From NCBI GenBank assembly GCA_965202805.1, contig OZ241869.1:1376001-1440000 (forward strand): a stretch of DNA of 64,000 bases, given 5' to 3'. The position numbers and the translations under genes are program-made. Position 1 is the first letter of the stretch, and every line of letters begins with the position of its first letter. Positions 34,014 through 44,100 of the stretch are shown piece after piece. The notes below the pieces were generated by a model. That model did not search any database. It was not told where the DNA came from and was given only the letters and a program-made list of their open reading frames with translations. The DNA comes from Longimicrobiales bacterium (GTDB taxonomy: Bacteria; Gemmatimonadota; Gemmatimonadetes; Longimicrobiales; Gaopeijiaceae).

Positions 34014-35228
34014 CTGGAAACGAACCCGCCGCGCATTCTTCTGGTCGACTGCGACAGCTTCTTCGTGCAGGTGGCGCGCCTCGAGGATCCCGATGGCGCG
34101 GGACGCCGGCGGCTGCTCATCGTCGGAGGGACGCCGGAGGGTCGGGGCGTGGTCGCGTCGGCTTCCTACGACGCGCGCAAGCACGGGGTCCGCTCGGCGA
34201 TGCCCACGGCGCAGGCGCTCCGTCTGTGTCCCGAAGCCGCGGTGGTTCCGGTGCCGAGGGCGGCGTGCGTGCGGCGCAGCCGGGAGGTCCGGCGCGCGCT
34301 GGAAGCGCTGGCGCCCGTTGTGCGCCCCGCTTCGATCGATGAGTTCTACCTCGATCTCTCGGGCACCGAGCGGATGCTGGCCGGCGAGTCCTTCGAGGAC
34401 ACCGCCCGGCGCATCCGCGATACGGTGCTGGCGCGCACCGGCATTTCGGTTTCCGCGGGAGGCGGCACCCGGCGCCTCATCGCCAAGCTCGCCACCGGGC
34501 TCGCCAAGCCTGCGGGCGTCTGCATCGTGCCCGCGGGACGGGAATCGGAGTTCATGCGCCGCTTCGACCTGGAGGACATTCCGGGGATCGGCCCCGCGTT
34601 TCTCGCGGAACTCGAGCGCCGCTCGCTCCGGTCGGTCAGCGACGTGCTGCGGGTCCAGCCGGAGTGGCTCGAGCGCTGGTTCGGCGCCCGGCGCGCCCGC
34701 TGGCTGCACGACCGGGTGCGGGGACTGGACGGCGAGGGCACGCTCCCGGTCCGCGAGCGGAAGTCGGTGAGTGTGGAACGGACGTTCGCCACGGATGTTG
34801 CCGACGACGATGAACTGGACGGAGTGCTGTCGCGACAGGTGAACTCGGTTGCGCGGCGCGTTCGCCGACTCGGCGGGGGAGCGCGCACGATCACCGTCAA
34901 GATCCGGGACCGTGACTTCGCGACCCGTCAGTGCAGCCGTACCCTGCCCCGGCCCGTGGAATCGGACCAGGCCATTCTTCGTGTCGCGCGGGAACTCCTG
35001 GCCGAACTCCGGTCACGGCGCCGGACTCCCGCACGCCTCCTGGGGGTTGCCGCCAGCGGACTCTCGAGCGAAGCGCAAGGAGCGCAGCTCGCCTTCTTTC
35101 CGGAAGCCGACGATCCGGATCCGGACCGCGCCCGACGCATCTCCCGGGTAATGGACCTCGCCCGGAACCGGTTCGGCGATGGCGCCCTGGGTCCGGGGCG
35201 CAGCCTCGATCCCCCGGACCCGCGGTAG
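34014..35228 (+). CDS. dinB: DNA polymerase IV (Y family); probable CTG start
   Basis: ILLVDCDSFF, ASYDARKHGVRSAM, SIDEFYLD, AKLA...AKP.G, PGIG and KSVSVERTF motifs. Confidence 0.93.
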   Translation: METNPPRILLVDCDSFFVQVARLEDPDGAGRRRLLIVGGTPEGRGVVASASYDARKHGVRSAMPTAQALRLCPEAAVVPVPRAACVRRSREVRRALEALAPVVRPASIDEFYLDLSGTERMLAGESFEDTARRIRDTVLARTGISVSAGGGTRRLIAKLATGLAKPAGVCIVPAGRESEFMRRFDLEDIPGIGPAFLAELERRSLRSVSDVLRVQPEWLERWFGARRARWLHDRVRGLDGEGTLPVRERKSVSVERTFATDVADDDELDGVLSRQVNSVARRVRRLGGGARTITVKIRDRDFATRQCSRTLPRPVESDQAILRVARELLAELRSRRRTPARLLGVAASGLSSEAQGAQLAFFPEADDPDPDRARRISRVMDLARNRFGDGALGPGRSLDPPDPR

Positions 35229-35272
35229 CCCGCTCCCGGGACCAGTCTCCCCTCTCGTGCGATGTTCCCGGG

Positions 35273-36970
35273 CTAACGCTCCCACGGCTTGCGCGCGAAG
35301 TAGCTGTTGGCCTCGGCAGCCACCCTCGGAGCAAGCATGATGAGGGCGATCAGGTTGGGAACGATGACGATCGCCAGGAAGATGTCGCCCAGGTTCCAGA
35401 TCACCGTCAGGGGCAGCACCGCGCCGATGAAGTGCATGATCACGAACGCGAGCTTGTAGGGCAGCACGGCGTTCGCCCCCAGCAGATAGTGCGCACAGCG
35501 GTCGCCATAGTAGCTCCACGAGATTGCCGTCGATATCGCGAACAGGAGCACCGAGAAGACGACGATCATGTGCCCCCAGTCACCCAGGCCGGCCAACCCT
35601 CGGCGGAAGCCCTCCATGGTGAGCGGCGCGCCGCTCTCGAAGGCTCCGCCGTAGAGGGAGGCAAGGGCCTGGCCGTCATCTCCCCTGGCAACGCCTTCGG
35701 AAGGGACAACGGTGCCGGTGAACGGCGTCGTTTGCGCCTCGTCCACGTACAGCATGTCGACGAAGGCGTCGTGCCAGGCGATGTGCACCCCGCCCGGATC
35801 CGCGGGGGCCCCGTTCTCGAAGCGGATTTCGGCCGGCGCGTCCGCGGCCTGGTTGTTGCCCATGGCATCCACGGTCACGTAGCCGAGGTCGCCGCCTCCA
35901 AGGGTGATCTCCGTCGGGATGCGGGCGTTCCAGACGCCTGTCGTGATGATCACCAGTCCGGTCATCGAGCAGATCACGATCGTGTCGATGAAGGGCTCGA
36001 GCAGCGCAACCACGCCCTCCGATACCGGCTCGTCGGTCTTGGCCGCAGCGTGCGCGATCGGCGCGGAGCCCTGTCCGGCCTCGTTCGAGAAGAGGCCGCG
36101 GCGGACCCCCCACATGAGGGTCACGAGGAAGGCGCCCACGCCGGTGCCGGCCACGCCCGCGGTCGGGTTGAAGGCCTCACGGAAGATGAGACCGAGGGCG
36201 GGGACGATGTCGCCCGCGTTGAACATCAGGATGACCAGCGCCCCGAGGCAGTAGACCGCGGCCATCACCGGCGCGAGGATGCCGGTCACCCGTCCGATCC
36301 GGGTGATTCCTCCCAGGATGACCAGGGCTACGACGCCGGAGGTTACCAGACCGCTCACCGTCGCCGGGATGCCGAAGATGGTGCGCATCGAATCGGAGAC
36401 CGTGTTGGCCTGAATCGCGTTGCCGGTAAGGAAGGCGGTCAGCCCGAGCATGATGGCGAAGAAGACGGCCATCCACTTCCAGCGCGCCCCCAGCCCGCGC
36501 TCGATGTAGTACATGGGGCCGCCGCTTACCGTCCCCTCCCACTTGTGTGCATCGTGATCGGGCGCTTCCACCTCCCTGTATCTCTGGGCGAGCGTCACCT
36601 CGGTGAACTTGGTGGCCATGCCGAGCGCGGCGGTGACCCACATCCAGAAGAGCGCGCCCGGCCCTCCCCAGTGGATGGCGATCGCCACGCCGGCGATGTT
36701 GCCGATGCCGACGGTCGCGGACAGCGCCGTGGTCAGCGCCTGGAAGTGAGATACGTCGCCCGGCTCGTCGGGGTCGTCGTACTTGCCGGACGTGACTGCG
36801 AACCCGTGACCCAGCCTGCGCACCTGCACGAAGCCGAGGCGCAGGGTGAGGAAGACGCCCGCACCCAGGAGCAGGATCACCATGAAGGGAACCGTCTCGT
36901 CGCCGACCGAGATGCCGAGCTCCACGATGTAGCGGTTGCCCAGGTCGGACAGTGTCTGAAAGAAATCCAC
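35273..36970 (-). CDS. Alanine/glycine:cation symporter (AGCS family)
   Basis: ALSATVGIGNIAGVA, GGPGALFWMW, GGPMYYI, RGLFSNEAGQGS and EPFIDT motifs. Confidence 0.95.
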   Translation of the reverse strand: MDFFQTLSDLGNRYIVELGISVGDETVPFMVILLLGAGVFLTLRLGFVQVRRLGHGFAVTSGKYDDPDEPGDVSHFQALTTALSATVGIGNIAGVAIAIHWGGPGALFWMWVTAALGMATKFTEVTLAQRYREVEAPDHDAHKWEGTVSGGPMYYIERGLGARWKWMAVFFAIMLGLTAFLTGNAIQANTVSDSMRTIFGIPATVSGLVTSGVVALVILGGITRIGRVTGILAPVMAAVYCLGALVILMFNAGDIVPALGLIFREAFNPTAGVAGTGVGAFLVTLMWGVRRGLFSNEAGQGSAPIAHAAAKTDEPVSEGVVALLEPFIDTIVICSMTGLVIITTGVWNARIPTEITLGGGDLGYVTVDAMGNNQAADAPAEIRFENGAPADPGGVHIAWHDAFVDMLYVDEAQTTPFTGTVVPSEGVARGDDGQALASLYGGAFESGAPLTMEGFRRGLAGLGDWGHMIVVFSVLLFAISTAISWSYYGDRCAHYLLGANAVLPYKLAFVIMHFIGAVLPLTVIWNLGDIFLAIVIVPNLIALIMLAPRVAAEANSYFARKPWER

Positions 36971-37143
36971 GGAGGCTCCTCGGCTGCGGGACGGATCGGG
37001 TGTCGGGATCGGGAAGGATGCCCTGCGAGCGGACCGTGGTCAACATCGGCCCGCCCGCCAGAGGCGGAGAGTGCAGCGTCGGATCGCGCGAGATCGGCCC
37101 GAAGGCCATGGTGGCGACTGCTCGCCGATTCGGACGGGCGCCG

Positions 37144-38055
37144 TCAGCGCGCCGGCAGCGCGAGCGCCTCCCCGAGGCGGATTTCCCTCCCCGATTTCAG
37201 CCCGGGCACCCATTCGTGGCTTCCGCGTTCGAGGAGCACGACCACGCAGGACCCCAGGTGGAAGGCCATGACCTCCTCCCCGCGCGAGACCGTAAGCGGG
37301 GGCCGGTAGACGCGGCGGCGCTCGGACGGCGGGCGGCGGTTGGTCACCCAGCCCCCCTCCCCCCCGCCCCACCCCGGATCGAACGCGGTGGAGATGCGGC
37401 CGACGTTGTACGCCCCGACAGCCACCAGCGCGATCCGCCCGGCGTCGCCCGCGAACGAGCAGACGACGCGTTCGTTGGTGGCGAGCAGGTCCGGTATCTC
37501 GGCCACCGCGGTTGCGTTCACCGGGAAGAGTCCCCCGGGGACGTACGACGCCGAGCGGAGCCGACCCGCCACCGGAGCGTGAATGCGGTGGTAGTGTCTG
37601 GGCGCGAGGTAGATGGTGGCGTAGAGCCCGCCGTGGAAGGGGGCCGCGGCCTCTGCGCCGGCCAGCAGGGCGGCCGCCGTGTAGCGCCGTCCCTTCGCCT
37701 GCACCAGCCGACCGTCCTCCACCGTGCCGAACCGGGTGAGTACGCCGTCGACGGGCGACGTCACCGTGCGAGCGTCCGACGGCCACACCCGGGTGCCGGG
37801 CGCGAGCCGCCGCGCGAAGAATGCGTTCAGGCTGGAGTACCCGGCAGCCGGCTGCCGTGCTTCGTCCATGCGCGCACCGACGATGCGCGCGAAGCCTCCG
37901 ATGAGGGGTCCCCGCAGCGGGCGGGGGATTTCCGCATCCGCAAGCCGGCCGAACGCACGGCTGGCGACGGCGCGCGGGGTCCGGGACAGAAGGGCGAGCA
38001 TGAGGCGTCCGCCCGGCGAGCCTCGCGATGGTGCTTCCCGTCTTGAACTCTCCAC
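37144..38055 (-). CDS. psd: Phosphatidylserine decarboxylase proenzyme
   Basis: SLNAFFAR.L, SPVDG, YLAPRHYHRIHAP, NER, VGAYNVG and FHLGS cleavage motif. Confidence 0.93.
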   Translation of the reverse strand: MESSRREAPSRGSPGGRLMLALLSRTPRAVASRAFGRLADAEIPRPLRGPLIGGFARIVGARMDEARQPAAGYSSLNAFFARRLAPGTRVWPSDARTVTSPVDGVLTRFGTVEDGRLVQAKGRRYTAAALLAGAEAAAPFHGGLYATIYLAPRHYHRIHAPVAGRLRSASYVPGGLFPVNATAVAEIPDLLATNERVVCSFAGDAGRIALVAVGAYNVGRISTAFDPGWGGGEGGWVTNRRPPSERRRVYRPPLTVSRGEEVMAFHLGSCVVVLLERGSHEWVPGLKSGREIRLGEALALPAR

Positions 38056-38064
38056 TCGCCCCCG

Positions 38065-39168
38065 TCACCGCACAACGTTGATCATGTCGAAGATCGGAAG
38101 GTACATCGACACGATCATTCCCCCCACCACGATGCCCAGGAGGGTAACCATCGCCGGCTCGAACGCCGCCAGCAGGGCCTCCACCGCACGCCCGACTTCA
38201 TCGTCGTAGAAGTCGGCGATCTTCGCCAGCATTTCGTCCAGGCCGCCGGCCTGCTCGCCGACGTGGATCATCTGCAGCACCATGGGCGGGAAGACGCCGG
38301 ACGCCCGGAGGGGCTCGGCGATGGTGTTCCCCCCCGCGATCGATCTCCGGGCGTTCATGACGGCGTCGTGCACCACGCGGTTGCCCGAGCCCGCGGCGGT
38401 GATCTCCAGCGCCTCCAGAATCGACACCCCGGAGGCGACCAGGGTGCCCAGCGTACGGGTGAACCGAGCCATCGCCATCTTCAGAAACAGGCGACCGACG
38501 ACCGGGAGAGCCAGGAGCACGCGGTCCAGGGCCAGGCGGCCGCGCGGGGTGGCGCGGGCGCGCGCCAACCCGATCCAGGCACCGCCGGCGAAGAGGGGTG
38601 GAAGCCACCAGTACGCCCGCAGGCTCTCGGAGAGGCCGATAACCAGCCGGGTGGGCAGCGGCAGGGGAAGATCCGACGCGGCGAACATCTCCTGAAAGGT
38701 CGGGATTACGAACTCGAGGAGGACCAGCAGCGCGCATGCGGCCACCGCCACTACCACCGCCGGGTAGATCAGGGCGCCGCGCATCTTGCGCGAGAGGCGG
38801 TCGGTCCTTTCGAGCGCGTCGGCGAGGCGCGCCAGCACCGTATCCAGCACGCCCCCCGCCTCCCCGGCGGCAACCATGCTGACGAACAGTTGATTGAAGA
38901 CCGCGGGATGCTCACCCAGCGCGCCGGCCAGCGTTCGGCCTGCCTCCAGGTCGCTGCGCACCTCACCCACAACGGCCGCCAGTCTCCGGTTGCCGGCCTG
39001 TTGCGCGAGCACCCCCAGACTCGGCGCCAGGGGCAGGCCGGACTGGATCATCGTGGCGAACTGGCGCGCGAACACTGCGATATCCCGCGGCGGCACGCGC
39101 TCCCTGAGCCGTGACACGACCCGCCGCCACCCTGCCCGGGCGACGGGGCGCCGGTGCGATCGATACAC
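38065..39168 (-). CDS. pilC: Type IV pilus/T2SS inner-membrane platform protein (start uncertain)
   Basis: FARQFATMIQSGLPL, AGEAGGVLD, ALIYP, FTRTLGTLVASGV, GEQAGGLDEML and MYLPIF motifs. Confidence 0.93.
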   Translation of the reverse strand: MYRSHRRPVARAGWRRVVSRLRERVPPRDIAVFARQFATMIQSGLPLAPSLGVLAQQAGNRRLAAVVGEVRSDLEAGRTLAGALGEHPAVFNQLFVSMVAAGEAGGVLDTVLARLADALERTDRLSRKMRGALIYPAVVVAVAACALLVLLEFVIPTFQEMFAASDLPLPLPTRLVIGLSESLRAYWWLPPLFAGGAWIGLARARATPRGRLALDRVLLALPVVGRLFLKMAMARFTRTLGTLVASGVSILEALEITAAGSGNRVVHDAVMNARRSIAGGNTIAEPLRASGVFPPMVLQMIHVGEQAGGLDEMLAKIADFYDDEVGRAVEALLAAFEPAMVTLLGIVVGGMIVSMYLPIFDMINVVR

Positions 39169-39176
39169 CGGGCTGC

Positions 39177-40328
39177 CTACGACTGCCAGGGGGACCGCGC
39201 GTCGCCGAGCGACTGCAGCAGCTCCGCTGGATCGGGGGAGCACCTGATTGCGGCATCCGTCGACACCTCCCCGCGCATGCGCAGCCGCCGCAGTGCATCG
39301 TTCATGGTCTGCATCCCGTGCTTTCTGCCCGCCTGCATCATCGAGGGAATCTGGTGGACCTTGCGGTCCCGGATGGCGGCGCGCACCGCGGGCGTGCAGA
39401 TGAGCACCTCGCACGCCGCAACCCGCCCCCGCGCGCGCTGCCGCGGCAGGAGGTTCTGGGTCATCACGCCTTCCAGCACCAGAGCCAGCTGGGCGCGAAC
39501 CTGCGCCTGCCGGCCGGACGCGAAGACGTCGATGATCCGGTGGACGGAGGCCGCGGCAGAATTGGTGTGCAGGGTGGCCAGCACCAGATGCCCGGTCTCC
39601 GCAATCGTCAGCGCCGCCGCAATGGTCTCGGGATCCCGCATCTCGCCGATGAGGATGACATCCGGGTCCTGCCGGGTGGCCGACCGGAGGGCGGCTGCGA
39701 AGCTCTTCGTGTCCGGGCCCACCTCGCGCTGGCTTACGACGCAGCCCCGGGACCGGTGAACGAACTCCACCGGGTCTTCGATGGTGACGATATGGCCCTT
39801 TCGGGTCTCGTTGATCCGGTTGAGCATGGCGGCCAGCGTCGTCGACTTCCCGGACCCGGTGGGCCCGGTAACCAGCACCAGGCCATGGGGTCGCTCCACC
39901 AGGCGCGTCACCACGCCCGGCAGGTGCAGGTCCTCGAGCCGGGGGATCTCGTTGGGAATCCTGCGCAGCGCCATGGCCGGTTGTCCGCGCTGGCGGTAGC
40001 AACTGCAGCGGAAACGCGCGAGATCTCCCAGATCGAATGCGAAGTCGATCTCGCACCCCGCCGCGAGCCGCTTCCTGCGGGCGTGCGTAAGCACCGAGTC
40101 AACCAGCTCTGCCGCCTCACGCGGAGCAAGCGCACTGCCGCGGCGGGCGTCGGTGAGCGCGCCGTCGATGCGCAGCCTGGGCGGAATCCCGGCCGCGACG
40201 TGCAGGTCGGACGCGTCCCTCTCCACCATCTCCTCCAGCAGCGCGCGCAGCGTGGACGGAGGGAATCCGCGCCCGCCGGCGACCGGATCCGATGCGGGTT
40301 CCGGCGATGGAGGAGTCGGGTCGGTCAT
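39177..40328 (-). CDS. pilT: PilT/PilU-family pilus retraction ATPase
   Basis: ASDLH, GPTGSGKSTTLA, TIEDPVE, RQDPDVILIGEMRD, AETGHLV.ATLHT and GMQTM motifs. Confidence 0.93.
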   Translation of the reverse strand: MTDPTPPSPEPASDPVAGGRGFPPSTLRALLEEMVERDASDLHVAAGIPPRLRIDGALTDARRGSALAPREAAELVDSVLTHARRKRLAAGCEIDFAFDLGDLARFRCSCYRQRGQPAMALRRIPNEIPRLEDLHLPGVVTRLVERPHGLVLVTGPTGSGKSTTLAAMLNRINETRKGHIVTIEDPVEFVHRSRGCVVSQREVGPDTKSFAAALRSATRQDPDVILIGEMRDPETIAAALTIAETGHLVLATLHTNSAAASVHRIIDVFASGRQAQVRAQLALVLEGVMTQNLLPRQRARGRVAACEVLICTPAVRAAIRDRKVHQIPSMMQAGRKHGMQTMNDALRRLRMRGEVSTDAAIRCSPDPAELLQSLGDARSPWQS

Positions 40329-41005
40329 TGTCGCACGAAGAAGCTGCCGCGCATGGATTCGAGCGTCGCCGGCCCGATGCCGCGCACCTCGATCAGGTCT
40401 TCGATCCGCCCAAAGCCACCCACTTCGTCACGGCGCGCGATGATCCGCGCCGCAAGCGCGGGGCCGATGCCGCGCACCTGCTCGAGTTCGCCGGCGGTGG
40501 CCCGGTTGAGGTCGATCGGGCCCGCTGCCTGGTGGTTCGCGGATGAAGCGGCGCTCCTGGCCGCCGGAGGTGACGCGGCGGCGGCTCGCCGGGCTGGCCG
40601 TCGCTCGCCGCCCCGCTCCAGGGTCAGAAACGGCGCGAGCCTCTCCACCGTCGCCGGCCCGATGCCACGCACCCGGGTGAGCGCTCCGACATCCGCGAAA
40701 CGACCCTCCGCAATGCGTGACGCGACGATCGCCCGCGCCGCCGCCGGCCCGATGCCGGGCAGCCGGTCGAGCTCCTCCTCGCCCGCCGTGTTCGGGTCCA
40801 GGCGCTCACCCGGGGCAAGCGGCATCGACCGCCGCTCCTCCTCGTCGACCATCTCCTGCGAAGCCGCGGCCAGCGCGTGCGCCGAAACGCTGTCGGCCTC
40901 GAGGGCGAGCGGAGGCCGGACGGCTTCCAGTCCCGCCCGCGCGGCTCCCGCCAGAAAGAGGACGCCCGCCGTGATCGCCAGGGTGCGTGACTCGTCGCGT
41001 GTCAT
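40325..41005 (-). CDS. comEA: ComEA-family DNA-binding protein with N-terminal TM and two HhH modules
   Basis: LDPNTA..EELDRLPGIGPAAA..IV..R and IDLNRAT..ELEQVRGIGPALA; VRGIGPAT repeats. Confidence 0.9.
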   Translation of the reverse strand: MTRDESRTLAITAGVLFLAGAARAGLEAVRPPLALEADSVSAHALAAASQEMVDEEERRSMPLAPGERLDPNTAGEEELDRLPGIGPAAARAIVASRIAEGRFADVGALTRVRGIGPATVERLAPFLTLERGGERRPARRAAAASPPAARSAASSANHQAAGPIDLNRATAGELEQVRGIGPALAARIIARRDEVGGFGRIEDLIEVRGIGPATLESMRGSFFVRQ

Positions 41006-41086
41006 GGATGGACGATCATCCGAGAGCCGGGGCGAAGGAATGGCAGTTCGGGACGTCCTGCCCCGGATCCGCGCGCGTCGCGTTCC

Positions 41087-41109
41087 GGCATCGAGGCATC
41101 GAGGCATCG
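41087..41109. repeat. 8-bp tandem repeat (ggcatcga)x~3
   Basis: Read directly, between the sprA-like gene and comEA. Confidence 0.8.
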
Positions 41110-41139
41110 GGCGCCCCGTCCGCCGTGGCCCGGCCATCC

Positions 41140-44100
41140 TCAGGGAAGTCCCGCGAATGCTCCCGCGTTGTACACGAACTGGCCCCAGAAGCCGATCTGA
41201 AACTGGGTCGAGCCCAACCGCTGGCCGATGTTCGACTGACGGTTGGTGTAGCTGGCCTGAAAGCCGATCTGCAGGTCGGAGACGACGGTGTCCAGCGTGA
41301 GGTTGAAGGTGGCGTTGCTCTGGTCCACGAAGGGCACGCACTCGTCGTTGCCGGAGGTAATGCGACAGTCGGTCTGCCCTGCCTGATTGTATCGCAGCGA
41401 CGCCTGGATGGGGCGTTCCAGCCGCGCCCCCAACTCGCCCGGAGGCGTGAAGCTGCCGCTCATGGTGAAGACGTGGGTGTTGCGGCGGCGGCGCGTGTCG
41501 CCGGTGGGATCGGTGCCCTCGCCCCGGGTCATGGTGGTTCGGTAGCTGGACGAAAAGCCGCCTCCCCAGCGCACCGACACGTCGAGCGGGATGGTCGCGT
41601 CCTCCTGCAGCCGCTGCTGCTGCGCGCCGGTGCCGAACGAGAGCCGGCGGGTGTCGACGCGGTATCCCGAGTTCAGTGTGAGGCGCTCGACCACCGGTTG
41701 CATGAAGGACGGCAGGGGTATCGAGGACGCCCTCAGGACGATGTTGGGCCAGCTGCGGGTATTGGACGCGCGATCGCTGCGCGTGTCGAAGGTTGCGATG
41801 TCGGTGACCGAGTAGTCCACGTTCGCGGTGATCCCGGAGAGGAGCGTGAGCCCCGAGCCCATGGCCCAGCCGTTCCGGTCCACGAGGGTGGCCGCGGTGG
41901 TGCCGTCCACCACCCGGAATCCCTCCAGGTCGCTCAGCCCGAACTGATAGCGGACATCCGGGTCCAGCACCTCGCGGTTGAAGCGCGAGGTGATGCCGTC
42001 CTGCCAGTTGACCGTCAAGGGCGAGAACGCACCGGCGAGCCGGCGCATCGTTCCCCGGGGGGGAGCGTCGGCCGCGCCCGGCCTCGGGGGCCCGCCGCGC
42101 GCGAGCGTCCCCGGGTCGAAAGTGACGGAGGCGCTCGCGCTGCGCTGGCCGCCGACGTTGCGCTGCAGCTCCCGCAGGGTGTCGGCCTCCACGACCTGGC
42201 GCCGCACCAGGGTGGCGTTGCGGTCGGAGTTGTAGGTGGTCGTCCAGGTGAGCGTCCACTGCAGCCAGTCGGCGGGCCGGGGCCCCCAGCGCATGTTGGT
42301 GCGCAGCCGCCGATTCGTCTCCCAGCCAAGATCGACGCCTCCCGGTGACCACCGCTCCCGCGCCAGCAGCGGCCGCACCGCCGGGTCCCTGACCGCGAGT
42401 TCCGGAGCCAGCAGATCGCGCGTGGAGGTGAAATCGGTGGTGGCGGTCACGGACTCGAAGGGACGGAAGATGACGCGCGCATCGGTGTCCAGGCCCCGGC
42501 GGGGAGAGCGCGTGCGGGTCGCGCCCGAGTCGGCGGCCAGGCGCAGAATCTGCTCGTAGCGCAGGGTCTGGTTGCGCTGATTGGCGTAGGAGGCCCCGAA
42601 CCCGATCCGCTCCGGGCTCCAGCGCAGGCGGCTCGCCAGCACCCGCTCCTCAAGCGACTCCGGAAGCAGCGCGCGCACCACGCCCCCCAGGAAGCCCGGA
42701 ACCACCGGCAGCGTGCGCGGCTCCAGCGCCCGGTCGTAGCCCACACGCGCATCCACCACCCGCGAGTCCGACTCCGAGGTCGCCGTCGCCGACTGCGACG
42801 ACGAATACCCGGCACGGGCGCTCAGGCCGTCCAGGAAGATGGCCGCCCAGGGGTTGGCGGAGGGCGTCCGCTTGCGGAACGACACGCCCACGCGGGTCCG
42901 GTCGAAGGCAACCTTGCGGAGCCCCTCGAGCCGGTCCGCGCGGATATCGCTCCTCAGCAGGAACGTGGGATCCTGCCCGGAACTGGTATGAGACACGTTC
43001 AACGGCAGTTCGATTCCCCAGGAGGCGGGGGCGAAGCGGCTCAGCTGCAGCGTGGAGTTCGCCGTCCACTGCTGATCGCGCTGGTAGCTGGGATCGCCCT
43101 CAAGCTGCCGGAAGAGGGCGCCCCGGTCGGAGACGGAGACGCGCGTGGTCATGAAGTCGGACGCGTTCAGGTCCAGGTTCAGGTGGCTGGCGAGTCCGCG
43201 GTCGGTCACGGCGGCGGAAAGACGGAAGTCGTTGACCCACACCTCGCCGTCGTCGGGGAAGTCGCCCTCGTTCCATACCCCCAGCGAAAGCTCGCGCACC
43301 TGCGACAGGTTGGGCGCGCGCGCGCGGTCCTGAAGCACCACCGCGTAGGTCGAGTCGGCGTTCCATACCACAAGCGCCGGCGCGCCCGCGGGCGGGGGAT
43401 CCTCGATCAGCCGCTGCTCGGCCTCGCTGCGCAACTCGAGCCAGCGGTCGAAGTCCACCAGAATCTCCGGGAGCCAGTCCTCGGCCCGAGTCCCCTCGGG
43501 ATCCACCGCCGGCTCCAGCCGCGTCCGGTAGAGATAGAAGTTGTCTTCGTCACTCCCCACCTTCAGGAAGAAATACGTGGGACGGTCCATCCCCCAGTCA
43601 CCTCTGCGCGCCAGCGCCCAGATGCGCGCCTGCCGGTAGGTGAGGAAGTTCCTGGGGCGCTGCGGAAAGCGATGATACACCTCCGTCCTCTCCCCGGGGG
43701 GAAGCCCCCTGTAGGTGATGCCAAGCGCCTTCTCGCTGAACTCCACGCCCTGCGCCCCCAGAGCGCTGGCGGGATCGTCGAGCTGTTCCACCACGCCGGG
43801 GGGCGGGTGGTAGGCGGCGCCCACCTCGACCGCGCCCACCGGGCTCACCTCGATGGTGCCGCCGGTTCCCGGCTCGTCTCCGGCCATGCCCGTGAGCACC
43901 CCCTCGCCCGCGCGCTTCACCCAGCGCGACCCCACCAGGCGCATGCGCGCCAGCACGGCCGCGCCCTCGGCGTTCCCCGTGACCGTGAGGCGCAGGTGCT
44001 TGACGGCGCGGAAATCCCCGTCGGTGAACATCCCGCCCGGATTGATCGCGTGCGGCCCGCGCAGTGGAATCCGGTAGAGACGGAAGTGGGTTCCGGTCCC

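Noticed and set aside
38065..40056. 663-aa ORF suggesting a long PilC or a PilT-PilC fusion
   Set aside because: The upstream part is an off-frame overlap with pilT, which has its own stop at 39177
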